The notes under the pieces are model-generated. The model was not told the origin of the DNA, searched no databases, and saw only the letters and a program-made list of their open reading frames with translations. A stretch of DNA of 63,263 nucleotides, filler included, from Folioceros fuciformis (lineage: Eukaryota), in NCBI GenBank assembly GCA_049999805.1. It is 6 parts of 6 records of this genome, joined end to end, with 100 filler letters (N's around TTAATTAATTAA, not from the genome) between each part and the next. Parts side by side here need not be neighbours in the genome. Positions count along the whole stretch, not along the records: positions 37,886 to 39,750 come from JBNGIO010005924.1; positions 39,851 to 54,600 come from JBNGIO010005926.1; 4 more parts are not named here. One strand, 5' to 3'. Position 1 is the stretch's first letter, and each line of letters starts with the position of its first letter. A program made the translations under genes and the position numbers. Positions 37,886 through 50,420 of the stretch are shown piece after piece.

Positions 37886-39750
37886 CATCATATGCTCAGG
37901 CTAATCTCTGGCATGCGAGATTGGGCCATGTCAATAAGTTTAAGCTTAACGTCATGGCCAACTCAGATCTGTATAGGGAAAAGTTACCTTCTTGTTTCAA
38001 GCTCTTGGAGTCTTGCAGCTCTTGCATTCTTTCTAAGCAGAAAGAGCTGGCATTCAAGAACAGAGCTCCTAACCATGCTAAGGCTCTGCTTGAACTCATA
38101 CACGCTGATATCGCTGGAAAAATTCAGGTCAAATCATTAGGAGGTGTAGAATACTACCTAACCTTGACATATGATTTTTCACGATACACGTGGACTTTTC
38201 CTATCAGACACAAAAGTGATGTGTATGATCAGATTGCTTCCTGGATCCCTATGGTGCTTCAGATTGCTTCTTGGATCCCTATGGTGCAACGCCAAACAGG
38301 CTGTCTGGTGAAGTGCTTCAGGACTGATAACGGCGGGGAATTCACAGGCCAAAGGTTTGATGACCTCTTCCAGCAGTTTGGAATCATTCGCCAACTCTCT
38401 GTGCCCTATACCCAGCAGCAAAACGGGGTTGCTGAGAGGAAAAACTTATGGGAATGACCAGGTGCATGCTATCATACGTAGGGCTGCACAAGAGCTACTG
38501 GGCAGAGGCTGTTGTTACAGCAACTTACTTGCTAAACAGAGTTGTTACTTCAGCCCTGCCAGGCAAAATGCCATACGAAGCTTTCTGGGGAAGGAAGCCA
38601 AGCTTGCAGCATCTCAAGGTCTTTGGGTCACCAGCGTTTGCTTTCATATTTGAGGCAAAGCGCAAGAAATTAGATGATAGGGCTAAACAGCTGGTCTTTG
38701 TAGGCTACTCTGAGGAATCTAAGGCATATAAACTGTTTGATCCTGTCACATCCAAAATTACCTTGTCAAGGAGTGCGACGTTCAAGGAGCTTGTCTTCTC
38801 ATAGACTGATGGTGATACAATCAGCTCAAGTCATGCTTCCCGTATAGATTCCTTACTGGATGAGCAGTCTGTTGCAGTTCCTGTGCACTATCCACAGTCT
38901 GATGGAGAGTCACCAGATGCTGCTGATCTAACAGCTGTGGATGAACTAATTAATCCACCTGTTCCAGCTGTTCAGCCTTGTCCTCAGAATCCTGCCATGC
39001 ACACAGCCAATGATCAGATCCCTGCAGTTGCAGATCCTGCTGGTCAAGAGGACATTGACGATGAACACATTTCAGATGCTGCTCACTCTGAATCAGATGT
39101 GGATGCAGATTCGGAAAGCGTTGCAAGTCGCAGTGATGATGGCTCCCTTGGTTCAGCCGACTCTTTCGTGAATGCAGATTCATCGAATGGAGAAGGAGTA
39201 CCTCCTGCTGCTGCAGTGGGGGATACCTCTCCTAGGTACCCTGCTCGTGAGCGCAGGCCACGATCTGAGTGGCAGGAACCTCCATACCAGGCCATTGATT
39301 TTCGAAGGCCGTCTGCTCATGTTTCTGATGTACATGTGCCTGAGATTCGACCTGATCCTCAGAGTTACAAGGAAGCCCTAGAGGGGCCTGATGGCAAGCA
39401 TTGGAGAATCTCCATTAGTGACGAGTATAATTCCTTGGTGAAGAATCACACATGGGAACTTGCAGATCTGCCGCCTGGAAGGAAACCTATCACATGTAAG
39501 TGGGTTTTTAAAACCGAGCTCAAGGCAGATGGGTCAATTGCCCGGTATAAATCACGTCTAGTAGCTCGTGGGTTTTCGCAGATACCTGGAATTGACTATG
39601 GAGACACATTTTCTCCCGTCGTTAAGCCACCCTCTGTCCGGATTCTGCTGGCAATGGCTGCTAAATTTGACCTTGAACTCCACCAGATGGATGTATGCAC
39701 GGCCTTCCTTCATGGCGAACTCGAGGAGGTCTTGTACATGGTTCAACCTG
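37886..39750 (+). mobile_element. Copia integrase and RT N-terminal fragment
   Basis: WHARLGH, LELIHADIAG, RTDNGGEF, NGVAERKN, KLDDRA, KWVFK, YKSRLVARGFSQ, MDVCTAFLHG; bounded by linker gaps. Confidence 0.92.
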
Positions 39751-39850
39751 NNNNNNNNNNNNNNNNNNNNNNNNNNNNNNNNNNNNNNNNNNNNTTAATT
39801 AATTAANNNNNNNNNNNNNNNNNNNNNNNNNNNNNNNNNNNNNNNNNNNN

Positions 39851-40704
39851 TCTCTTCGTGAGCTCTTGGAGGTCCTCTCTTCGTGAGCTCTTGGAGGTCC
39901 TCTCTTCGTGAGCTCTTGGAGGTCCTCTCTTCATGAGCTCTTGTGGTCTGTCCCTGCTTGGTTTAGGACCTGCAACGTGTTGCCGGCTGTACAGTGTCTG
40001 GTAGGATCGTGGGCAGCGTGTTGCCGGCTGTATAGTGTCTAGTAGGATCGCGGGCAGCGTGTTGCCGGTTGTATAGTGTCTGGTAGGATCACAAGGTGTA
40101 ATGACCAGGGTGTAGGGGCTTGCCCCTAGCTCTTGATTGTAAAGGATGTGTCTTTCTCTCGACCTGTCCACTCTTGCTTCTTGCTTGGACAAGTGTGCTG
40201 TAGGTTGGCCATGTCTCATGCCATCTGGTAAGGTCGTGGGAGGAAGATATCCAAGAGGGGAGTGTGTTCCCTTCTTTCTTTTCTTTGGGGTTAGTCTATT
40301 GACTCTTGCCGGGTAGGAGGAGTCAGGAGGGAAGTGTAGAAGGTAGTGGTGTCATTGTTAGTTGCTGGTGTTGGTGCTGGAGTGAGAGAGTGAGTGAAGT
40401 GAGTGAGGGAAGTCGCAGATCTAAGAGGTTAGGGTTGTTGTAGTGACTAGAGTGAGTTTGTGGGCACCGAGAGAGGTGCAGCCGACCGCCGAACAGTGAG
40501 GCCTGTCCTACGCTTGATCGGAGCTGGAGGAGAGCCCTCGAATCCATCATCGAGTCGATCAAGTCCGACCCTCTATCCACAGCAGCAAGGAACCCCATCG
40601 CTCCTTCGTGGGAACGAAACCCAATGTCTCAACGACAGTGGGATAAGTGTGGCCGCTAAAGGTTGAACCTGTTGGCAAACAGTGCCCGGGGTTTTTCCAC
40701 CACA
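39851..40704. repeat. Long LTR-like repeat (partial); reverse complement of ~49273-50125
   Basis: Ends CCGGGGTTTTTCCACCACA, inverted relative to TGTGGAGGCAAAACCCCGGG at 49273; contains 25-bp and ~41-bp internal tandem repeats. Confidence 0.88.
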
Positions 40705-43700
40705 GAAACCCTCAGCCAATGTTGTTTAGAATAGGATAGCAAATATATGTGTTAAGTAAACCAATGCTAGGATAAATGAACCTAGCTTAGCTAGATATTT
40801 CGCAAACTAGCTTAGAAATAGCTAGATGTTTCTAGGCAAGTTGAGTTGGAACACATGTTGGATATTTCCCAACTTGTTGTTGGTGTAACCCTACTGCCAA
40901 ACGTGGGAAAACAATAGAACTTAGGGTACACTAGCAAGGCATCATGGAAGGAGCAGCGCTCGGAGGGCGTGAAGGGCATGAAGCCAACTTAGCTGGACGC
41001 TGGATCGTGAAGATGGCTGGCGCTAGGCAAAAGGGGCAGCTAGGGCAAAAGTCGATAGTTGTTGAAGTTGCGCCGTGTAGCGCTATAACTTGGGGAAGGC
41101 AGCTCAAACCATGTTTTTGTGTTCTCTGGAATTGGGAGCTAGGATGAAGAACGTTTTTAGTGCCTTTGATTCTAGTGTTGTAGTTCATAGTGTAACTTAT
41201 TGACTCACCAAGCTGCGTGTGTCACGCAGCTCCTTTCAAACCTAGATTGCTGCAAGTCTTTGCTGCAATCTCTTCAATTCAACAACTATTTCAATATGGG
41301 ACAGGCATGCAAGATGTGGGAGTGAATGAGCTGGGTGGAGGCAGATGCACAACTACAACAAGGCAGCATCACCCACGCGCCCTAATCGTGCTAGCAGCAG
41401 CAGCAGCAGTTCATCTGCAGCAAGCTTTCCCAACCTTCCAGAGTTCATAGCGTCATTTACAGAGGTTGGTTGCTTTCAATTCACATACTTGATTGTTTGC
41501 CTCACTGAGACAAATCCATTGGTGTGATTTTTGTTCAATTTAGAGTGAAATCCAGGGATTGAATGCCTTGGAGGAGTTGGTCACTTAGGGTTTCAGTTGG
41601 GGAATGTTGGCTATTTGCAGCCAACACTCCTCTTGTTGCAGCATAGGGGCCAGGGCTCTTGTGAACAATGACATCTTAGGTCTTTCATTACATGTAGCTT
41701 AGCTTTTAGACCAGCTCCCTACAAGTCCTTTTTTGCAGCTGTGACTTTGGCATATCACAGTTCTGGACTAGTCTGGTTTTCTAGCTTTAGCAGCAAGCCT
41801 GACTGCAGTACTGGCTTGCCTTCTTTTCCTCTTCCAACCTAGCTAGCTGACTTGTTGTTTGTTGTGCATGTTCCTGGGGGAATGCAACCTAAGGAGCATG
41901 GGACTAGTTCTCGTTACAGACTGAGATCCCTTGACATCCCTGGACAAAGCACCCCACCTAGACGTGCATACACACAACGGAGGAGGGCAGCCAAGAGGCA
42001 GGAGCAAGCTCAAGAGTTTTTGGAAGTCAGGTTCGACCCCGACACTCCACCTTCAACAACAAGGCCAACAACCAGTTGGTCCACATTTACACGTTTCCTT
42101 ATCTCTGAGCCTTCAACTTTGGAGGGAGAGCATGCTCCATTTCAGGGCCAGCTACCTGAGGAGGAGACGTAGGGAGAGTTCTTTCTAAAGTAGTCCTTGG
42201 GCCATACACCCTTGGAGCAGCCCCACTTGCCAGCCTTCAGTTCACTTAGGCCTTAGATTTCCTCATCCAGGACAGCCATACATCATCTAGTCACGTGTTG
42301 AGTATTCTGAAGAATCAGACGACATGGAGGGAGGAGCACCTTACAGGCATGAGAGATTTTGAGGGAGGCCAAGTACACAGCTCCTATGGGACTTCAGGTT
42401 ATTTGTCAATGGCATGATCAGTCGGGTCAAGTTTAAACATGGTGCTGCGTACAGCCACCTCTACATGTTTGAACAATTGGCTGGGCATCTAGTAGACGAG
42501 GCCCTGGACTTGTATGAGGTGCACCAAGCTGAACTCACAGGAATGGTGGCTACACCTAACCCCTTATTCCAAAATGCCTTGCAGCTAGCTTACAATGCTA
42601 AGCTAGCTAATGCAATTAATGCTCACCAAGCTGCTATTGCTGCTAGGAGCATTGCAGCCCATAGTGCAACCACCAATAGTAGTAAGCCTAACAACAGCAG
42701 AAATGGCTGCAGCTACTGCAGGTGTGGATGCTGACATCCTCACACCCAAGCATGCCAACCCAATGGAAGACTTTTTGGGGATTTTGGAAAAGACTTTCCC
42801 CTCAAGACACCCGAGAAGATTGCAGAGTTGGCAAATTTTGCGCGCAAGAAAGGTGAAACTATTCAAATGACCTTTCGTCGATTACAGAAATTGTGAGAGG
42901 GTACAAGAATGCTGACAGACCAAGAGGCAACACAGAAACTCCTCACAGCGCTAGAAGGTGATCCACTTTTCCACTTTTAGCTCGTCACATCCCTTGTGGA
43001 TAAGTATGGAGATAATTATACTTTGGAGCAGGTGGTTGAGGAGGTTGAGAAGAAGGAGATTGCATTCTCAACATATGCCTCAAGGCATTCCAAGGCCTTC
43101 ACGCATTATCAAAGCATGTTCTCTAATAAGAACATAGCTGCTGGGAGTGTAGGTGCTGGGGCATCCAATTCTACTCAAGCCAAGCCAGCCAAAGCAGGAG
43201 CTGCAGCAACCGTGGAGGCTTTGTGCAAAGTGTGGCAGTCCGGAGCACATGGCTCCGGCCTACAAGTGCCCTCCCGAAGGACTGCTTTGTTCTCTTTGCC
43301 ACAAGCTTGGACATCTTGTGACTGTATGCTTCCAAAAGCATATGGAGCGAAGGCAACAGTGAGGGGGCACCACAAATGTCGCAGGGACAGCTCCCAATTC
43401 CACTGATTCAAGCCCCTTGGCTACAGGCAATTCAAGAGTCTCACGCAGCAAACAGCAGCGAGAGAAGGCCAAGGCCAAGGTGGCTACTAATGCAAACAAG
43501 CTCACTTCACTAGAAGCAACTGTGGTTGCTCTTGCCAAACAGGTGGGGGCACTTTCAGCTAGCATCTCTAGCAGCATAGTTGCTTCCAAGCCAGCTGGGA
43601 TAGCCACACTGGTGGCATCACCAATAGAGGATGATGAGGACTATGGCTACCGCATGAGGCCTGTACAGTAGATGTGGCAGCATCAGTGTCATAGCCAAGT

Positions 43701-44341
43701 TCCCCCCTGCCTTCTACATTGGTAGGACAAGACCTTCGATGGTTGACCATGGCTGCAGCAACTGGATCTAATGGACCTGTCACACGACAGCATGGGGCAA
43801 GGGCTGCCATGCCTCAGTCTTTCACCCCCCTTCCTCCAGGAGCATCCATCCCGGTGCGGGGACAAGATCACTTGGATGATGGACAACTAAATATGGCTGG
43901 TCCAGGATTATAGGACAGGTCACCTACGCATACAGTGGGTGCCTGACCTATTCAGGCTGGGGGTCGATGTCATCTCTTGCCACAGGTCATGAGCACTGAG
44001 CAATTGGCCAAGCGCTTGGCAAATGTGCTGTTGTTTTCAGTTCAAGACATGGGCATCAATCCTGGGCAGTTGAGCCAGACCTTGAGGAGTGGAGAATCAA
44101 CAGCATTTGTCACAATGACTACTGGAACAACTGATACTGAATGGGCTGCAGGTTTGCCAACAACCTCAGCCACAGACATGTCATTTTTAGCAGTGGACAT
44201 GGCTCCACAGTGGGACATGGGATCTATGCTAGGAGTATACACCTCTCAACGTGCCACGTCCATGCCAAGTTGCCCTCGTGTGCAGCTCACCAACCGCATG
44301 AAGGTGCGTGTCGGCAATACCATGGTGGATAATTGAGAGGG

Positions 44342-44710
44342 CATGTCACTGTCAACGGATATGCACCAAAGATGGTCCTGTTGGATACTAGAGCGCAGCC
44401 CGTCATCGTCGGCAAGACCCTTGCTGCAAGCCTGCGATTGGGTGGAGATGCTCTCAAAGCATCACCATGGAACATTAGGACATCATCTGGGTAAATTGAG
44501 CGTGTCTGTGGAGAGACTGTACAGCCAGTTACCATTACGTTGAAGCCTGGCACAGCCTCCTCCATGACGCTTGCCTTGCGTTGTCTAGTGACCACGGCCA
44601 CAAATTATGATGTGCTGCTTGGGCAAGAGTTCCTCTTCCCTCTAGGCATAGGCATGGACAACTGGTCCGAGCTCGCCTACTATAGGCCTGATTGGAGGAA
44701 TGGAGGTCAG
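44342..44710 (+). pseudogene. Retropepsin aspartic protease domain of the DNMT-gypsy element
   Basis: VTVNGYAPKMVLLDTRAQPVIVGKTLA (DTG to DTR by GGA>AGA) and NYDVLLGQEFLFPLG; same reading frame as the downstream DNMT. Confidence 0.82.
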
Positions 44711-45082
44711 CAGGTGGCCTACTTGCCTCTTGATCTCCATGGAGCCAGTGAGGTGGACACTGCAACCTTGATTGCTCCACTGGTGCTTACATGCACCTTG
44801 ATTCTTGACACCAGGTAGGTGGACACTTGGCTGGATACCAATCTTGATGACGAGGATGGAATGATGAACCAGCCAAAACAGTCATTAGCAGCAACCTCGT
44901 GCTTAAGGGATGTGTTGTTGAAAAATGACACGGGTGACCCATCTGCAAACATCTTGCATGTGGCCACCCCACATGTGCAATTGACCCTTCAAAGGATGCA
45001 GCCACCTCCTGCACCATATGAGCGACCAACACTCGGTGATGTGAATCGGTTCATCATAGCATGGACACCCTCTGCACCTGGC

Positions 45083-46040
45083 TTGACAGTTCTGGAGCTG
45101 TTTGGGGGCCTATGCATTTGATTGGAAGCCATGCTGCAGAATGGGCTGGTTGTGGCCCACTACATTTATTGTGACAAGTGTCCCATAGCTAGGAAGCTAG
45201 TTGCTTTTCGAATTTAGGGACTACAATCCCAATTTCCAGCACAGCTGCCACTCATTGCCATGGCTACCATGTTTGCAACCCTTCCACAGGACGTCAAGTA
45301 CATCCAGGTTGGGCACATTCAGCGCCTACCACCCATAGACATCGTAGTGGTTGGTTGGGAATGCCAAGGGTTTTCCTTAGCTGGAGCTGGAGAAGGTTTG
45401 CAAGATACGCGCTCTGCTCTTTTCTGGGATCTGCGACGCATCTTGGTGTGGATTCAGGCCCGCAACCCTACCTGTGCTTACATTTTGGAGAACACTCCAG
45501 CCCAGCTGGATTCTCGACTACAGGTTCGACAGGACATGGCTGTGATCTAGCAACATGTGGGGGTTCCTTTGTTACTTGATGGTGTACAAGTGGGCAGTTA
45601 CGCACATCGCTTGTGTAATTTTTTGACCAACCTTGCACCCCAACCCTTGCTAGAATTGGTGTTGGCTGGTACCACTCGGGACCCATCCTTGAGCTTGGTC
45701 ACAGTCCTGGACAGTAATCACCAGCCTCGGCCTGTACGTGCTATAGAGGGGAAGCCCTAGTACAACACCAACGTCCTAGGACAGCCACGTAGTACCCTTC
45801 CTATGCCGGTGAGCTATCCCAGCTCTCATGCATATAGAGGGCAGGGAGCTGGCATGATGTTGAACACTGACACATAGTAGTGGGAAGAACCCAATGTGGA
45901 GGAACGAGAGTGAGTGATGGGTTTTCACACCCAATTTAGCACCACAAGTCACAGTTTAGCAGCGGTGCTTAGCCTTGGGCCGTGCTATGGATCTTCACGC
46001 AGTGACATGGCTGGTCAACATCTACCTGGCCTTTCAACTC
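45083..46040 (+). pseudogene. Cytosine-5 DNA methyltransferase domain (DNMT3-like) within the retrotransposon pol
   Basis: Ordered motifs: I LTVLELFGG; II YIYCD; III QDVK; IV IDIVVVGWECQGFSLAG; V GLQDTRSALFWD; VI YILENT; VIII SYAHRLCNFLTNL; IX WEEPNVEERE*VMGF; X LGRAMDLHAVTWL (after a frameshift). In-frame stops are present. Confidence 0.9.
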
Positions 46041-49000
46041 ATGTCTCGTACAGGTCCTCGCCATGTCCCCCATTTCTCCCACACTTGTGCTGCAGATGCC
46101 GTTCATCTCCCATTCCCTGGTTACACTACATGNNNNNNNNNNNNNNNNNNNNNNNNNNNNNNNNNNNNNNNNNNNNNNNNNNNNNNNNNNNNNNNNNNNN
46201 NNNNNNNNNNNNNNNNNNNNNNNNNNNNNNNNAGGGGGGTCTGTGCATGGACTGCTGGAGCTGAGCATAAGCCACGTCCTTCTGTTGAGAACTTTCTTTG
46301 GACAATGGGACCCAAGCTCACAAGCAAGCAGCAAGCTTAGGTTCGCAGTCTGTTGCTGAAATACATGGATTGTTTTGCCTTCTCCATGAAGGAATTGAAA
46401 CGTTGCAATGTGAATGTCTTCTACATCAAGTTGACCAGTGATGAGCCCATTTATAGGCAGCATTATAGGCTCAGCCAAATGGAGTGGGAGATGGTGGATG
46501 CATGATGCCAGGAGTTGCTGGAGGCTGGGCTCATCCGTCCCTCAAGCTCAGATTATGCCGCAGCAACAGTCATGCCTCCGAAGTAGGATAGCAACAGGAT
46601 GTGGACAGAGAAGCAAATGTGTGGGGACTATCGTCCCATCAACGTTGTGATTGCCCAAGACCGATATCCCATGCCAACTCTTGAGGAAATCTTCAACAGC
46701 ATCGGCAATTCTATGTTTTTCTTCATATTGGATCTCCGGCAAGGATTCAACCAAGTTGCGGTGGTAGAGGAGGACATCAAGAAGACAGCCTTTCATGGCT
46801 CTCGGCAGCTATGGGAATGGCTTGTGATGTCCTTTGCCTTTAAAAATGCACCGATGACGTTTCAGCAGGTGATGGACATGGTCTTAGCAAGATCTGCACA
46901 CATGATATGTTACATTGATGACGTGTTGGCGCACAGCCTGGACTTTGAGAGTCACTTGGAGCACCTTGAGGATCTATTCATTCAGCTGCGCAAGGCAAAC
47001 TTGACTTGCCATCTTGCTAAGTGCGAATTTGGCATGGATACTTTGGCTTATTTGGGACATCGAATTGTGCCAAAGAGGGTTATGCCACATTCAGCCAAGG
47101 TGCACGCCATCCTACAAGTGAAGGAGCCAACCAATGTTTCAGCATTGAGGGCTTTCTTGAGCTTATGCAACTATTACAGGGTATACATCCAAAGTTTCAA
47201 CCGAATTGCAAAGCCACTGAATGATATGCTGCGCAAGGATGTGCATTGGAGTTGGACAGCTGCTGCATAGGAGGCCTTTGACATGCTTAAGGCTCAGCTA
47301 ACCGCGGCCCCTGTGATGGCCAGACCTGATTTTTCCAAGGCCTTTTTGGTGCATACACATTGGAGTGTGCTGGGTTTTGGGGTTGTCCTCGCACAGCTAG
47401 ATGAAGAGGGACACGAGCGCGTTACAGCTTATGCATCTTGCAGCAATAACCATGCGGAGGCCAATTACAACAGTTACCATGGGGAATGCTTAGCGACTGT
47501 GTGGGCTGATTGCCATTTCCGCCCATAACTGTTTGGGAAGCCCTTTACATTGGTGACAAATCATTAGCCTCTCAAGTGGTTGATGACAAACACCAAGCTC
47601 AGTGGTAAGCTGGCAGGATGGGTTATGATCTTGCAAGATTATGAGTTCAATGTGGTGCACAGGCTCGACGTGAAACACTAGAATGCCGACACCTTGTCCA
47701 GGAATCCTAGTGACAATCATGTTGATGCAACCGCAGCCCAACATGATTTGGATAGTGATGAGGCAGAGGGTCTTGATGAGGCAGCCCTGGTGGCCATGAT
47801 ATGCTTGGGACAGCTGGAGGTTAATGCAAGTACTACCAGGCCCAAGGACATCTGGGAGGATGTTGAGACTTTGCAATTTGTGCAAACTGGACAGCTGGAC
47901 ACGTCACTAAAGCCAGCAATCCAGGAGCGGATTCGTCAATGTGCTGAGCTGTACTACTAGCGAGACAACTACTTGCTGCGAAGGTTGGGTAACGGAGTGG
48001 AACGTCTTGTGCCTCCACCAACTGAGAGGGAGCAGTTGATTTGTCAAGTCAATGACGACATTGGTCACTTTGGTGTCAAAAGGACCTACAGCCTCTTGGT
48101 TCCATATTTTCATTGGTACGGGATGCATGCCCAGGTGAAGCAACAAGTGGCTCGTTGTGTGGAGTGTGATAGAGTTAAGACCACCTTCAACATTTAGAAT
48201 CCACAACTACAGCCTTTGCCCATCATGGGTTCTGTTCTTTCGGTGGTCTTGTGACCTGCTTGGGGAACTCCCTTGTACACCAAGGGGCAATGTCTACGTG
48301 CTTGTTATGATGGAGCATTTCAGCAAGTGGATCGATGTGGTGGCCCTTCCTGATAAGACATCCACAAGCACAGCGCAAGCTTTCCTTCAGAATGTGCTGG
48401 CACGCTTTGGAAGTTGTGCTGAGTGCTTGACAAATCAAGGCTCTGAATTCCGAGGAGAATTCCAAGATCTGCTAGATGCAGCATTGATTGACCATTGCAG
48501 GACTAGCCGAGACCACCCCCAAGCCGATGGTCTCGCAGAGTGTATGGTGCAAACAATCAAGAAGGGGCTGAGGAAACTGTGCTTACGGATGCCCAAGACA
48601 GAGTGGGATTTGGCCCTACCATACATTGGCATGGGGTACAGGCTCAACAAACATGCCTCCTTAGCTCACTTCAGTCCCTACTTTTTGCTGTTTGGGAGGG
48701 ATCCCATACCGCCCAGTGCTATTGCCAAGCAAATGGCAGAAGTTTTGGATCTGGATGATCCTGCTGCTTGGGCACGTGCTATTGGTGAGAGGGCTGCATT
48801 GTTCAGGCAAGTGATGCCCATGGCAATGGCCAATCTCCGCATTGCACAGCACCAGGACACATTGCAGTATGCATACACTCGGAGTGGTAGTTTCAGACCC
48901 AAACTGAAGAAATTTCAAGAGGGTGATTTCGTATACTTGCAACGGCAAACAGGGTACACTTTAGACACTGTTAGCAGCCGTCATGTGCTGTGAGTCAGGG

Positions 49001-49146
49001 AGGTTCGACCAAATGGGGTCTTGCTACTGCAAGAGTCATATGAGCGCACCATCACAGACCACATGAAGAATTGCGCGCCCTGCCACCTTCCTAACCTAGA
49101 CCCAACCATTGTCACCGCCGATTGGATTCCTCCTCAAGATTACCCA

Positions 49147-49275
49147 TGCCACGTATGCCAGAGGATTGACGACATTGAGTTGATGCTACTTTGTGACCAC
49201 TGCAACGGTGGTTACCATTTGTTCTGTCTCAATCCACCTCTCTCAAAAGTTCTTGAGCAGCTTTGGTACTACTGT
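49147..49275 (+). pseudogene. PHD finger at the integrase C-terminus, truncated by an LTR-like insertion
   Basis: CHVCQRIDDIELMLLCDHCNGGYHLFCLNPPLSKVLEQLWYY fits the C4HC3 PHD pattern; the last Cys pair is cut where the repeat starts at 49273. Confidence 0.9.
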
Positions 49276-50420
49276 GGAGGCAAAACCCCGGGCACTGATT
49301 GCCAATGGGTTCCACCTTTAGTGGCCACACTTATCCCACTGTCGTTGAGACATTGGGTTTCGTTCCCACGAAGGAGCGATGGGGTTCCTTGCTGCTGTGG
49401 ATGGAGGGTCGAACTTGATCAACTCGACGATGGATTTGAGGGCTCCCCTCTAGCTCCGATCAGGCGTAGGACATGCCTCGCTGTCCGGTGGTCAGCTGCA
49501 CCTCTCTCGGTGCCCACAAACTCACTCCAGTCACTACAACGACTCTAACCTCTCAGATCTGCGACTTCCTTCACTCACTTCACTCACTCTCTCGCTCCAG
49601 CACCAACACCAACAACTACCAGCAACCAGCAACGACACCACTACCTTCTACACTTCCCTACGGACTCCTCCTACCCGGCAAGAGTCACTAGACTAACCCC
49701 AAACAAAAGGAAGAAGGGAACACACTCCCCTCTTGGGTATCTCCTCCCCACAACCTTACCAGACGCCATGAGACATGGCCGGCCTACAGCACTTGACCAA
49801 GCAAGGAACAAGAGTGGACAGGTTGAGAGAAAGACACACCCTTTACAATCAAGAGCTAGGGGCAAGCCCCTACACCCTGGTCATTACACCTTGTGATCCT
49901 ACCAGACACTATACAACCGGCAACACGCTGCCCGCGGTCCTACCAGACACTGTACAGCCAGCAACACGCTGCCTGCGATCCTACCAGACACTATACAGCC
50001 GGCAACACACGGCTTGCGATCCTACCAGACGTTGCACAGCCAGCAACACACTGCAGGTCCTAAACCAAGCAGGGACAGACCACAAGAGCTCAGGAAGAGA
50101 GGACCTCCAAGAGCTCACAAAGAGATAGACTGACTCCCAAAGTGAATGACTCCCTCCTCCTATAGGCTCACCTGATCTTATAGGAGCCTCTCTCTCTCTC
50201 TCTGACTTCACCTCTCTCTAACTTGAGAAATATTATTTTAATAGCCTAGCCGGCTGTCACCAGCCACTTATTTAGACTTCTAGCACAACCTACCACCAAT
50301 GAGCTCCTGGCCCTACCACCACAAGGATCTACCACCTCTTAGACTATCCTGAGACTTCAAAGGATGTATGATCTTCAAAGGTCTGCGGACGCCGCCTCTT
50401 CCTTGCTGGATGGTCGCCCG
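49273..50420. repeat. Long LTR-like repeat inserted into the PHD finger
   Basis: Starts TGTGG; homologous to 39851-40704 (inverted); ~41-bp tandem units at ~49895-50060; right boundary approximate. Confidence 0.8.

Larger units (their letters stand above)
40705..49272 (+). mobile_element. Ty3/gypsy retrotransposon with a C5 DNA methyltransferase and a PHD finger (decayed)
   Basis: Gag remnants 42.3-43.4 kb with knuckles CAKCGSPEH/CSLCHKLGHLVTVC; protease LLDT(R)AQP and YDVLLGQ; DNMT 45083-46040; RT CGDYRPIN/YIDDVL; RNaseH; integrase GHFGVKRT..CVEC, NQGSEF, HPQADGLAE; PHD. The RT-RH-INT order is gypsy-type. The 5' LTR limits are uncertain (candidate end CCAACA ~41626). Confidence 0.9.

Noticed and set aside
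45083-46040. Host DNMT3/DRM gene or bacterial contamination
   Set aside because: Intronless, in frame with a retropepsin, non-permuted motif order (unlike DRM), and decayed in the same way as the flanking retroelement sequence.
39851-50125. Long inverted repeats flanking the DNMT element, suggesting a DIRS-like or TIR element
   Set aside because: The right copy cuts the PHD finger mid-domain, the element has a DDE integrase and no tyrosine recombinase, and the copies are diverged. Two independent insertions of another LTR family explain this better.
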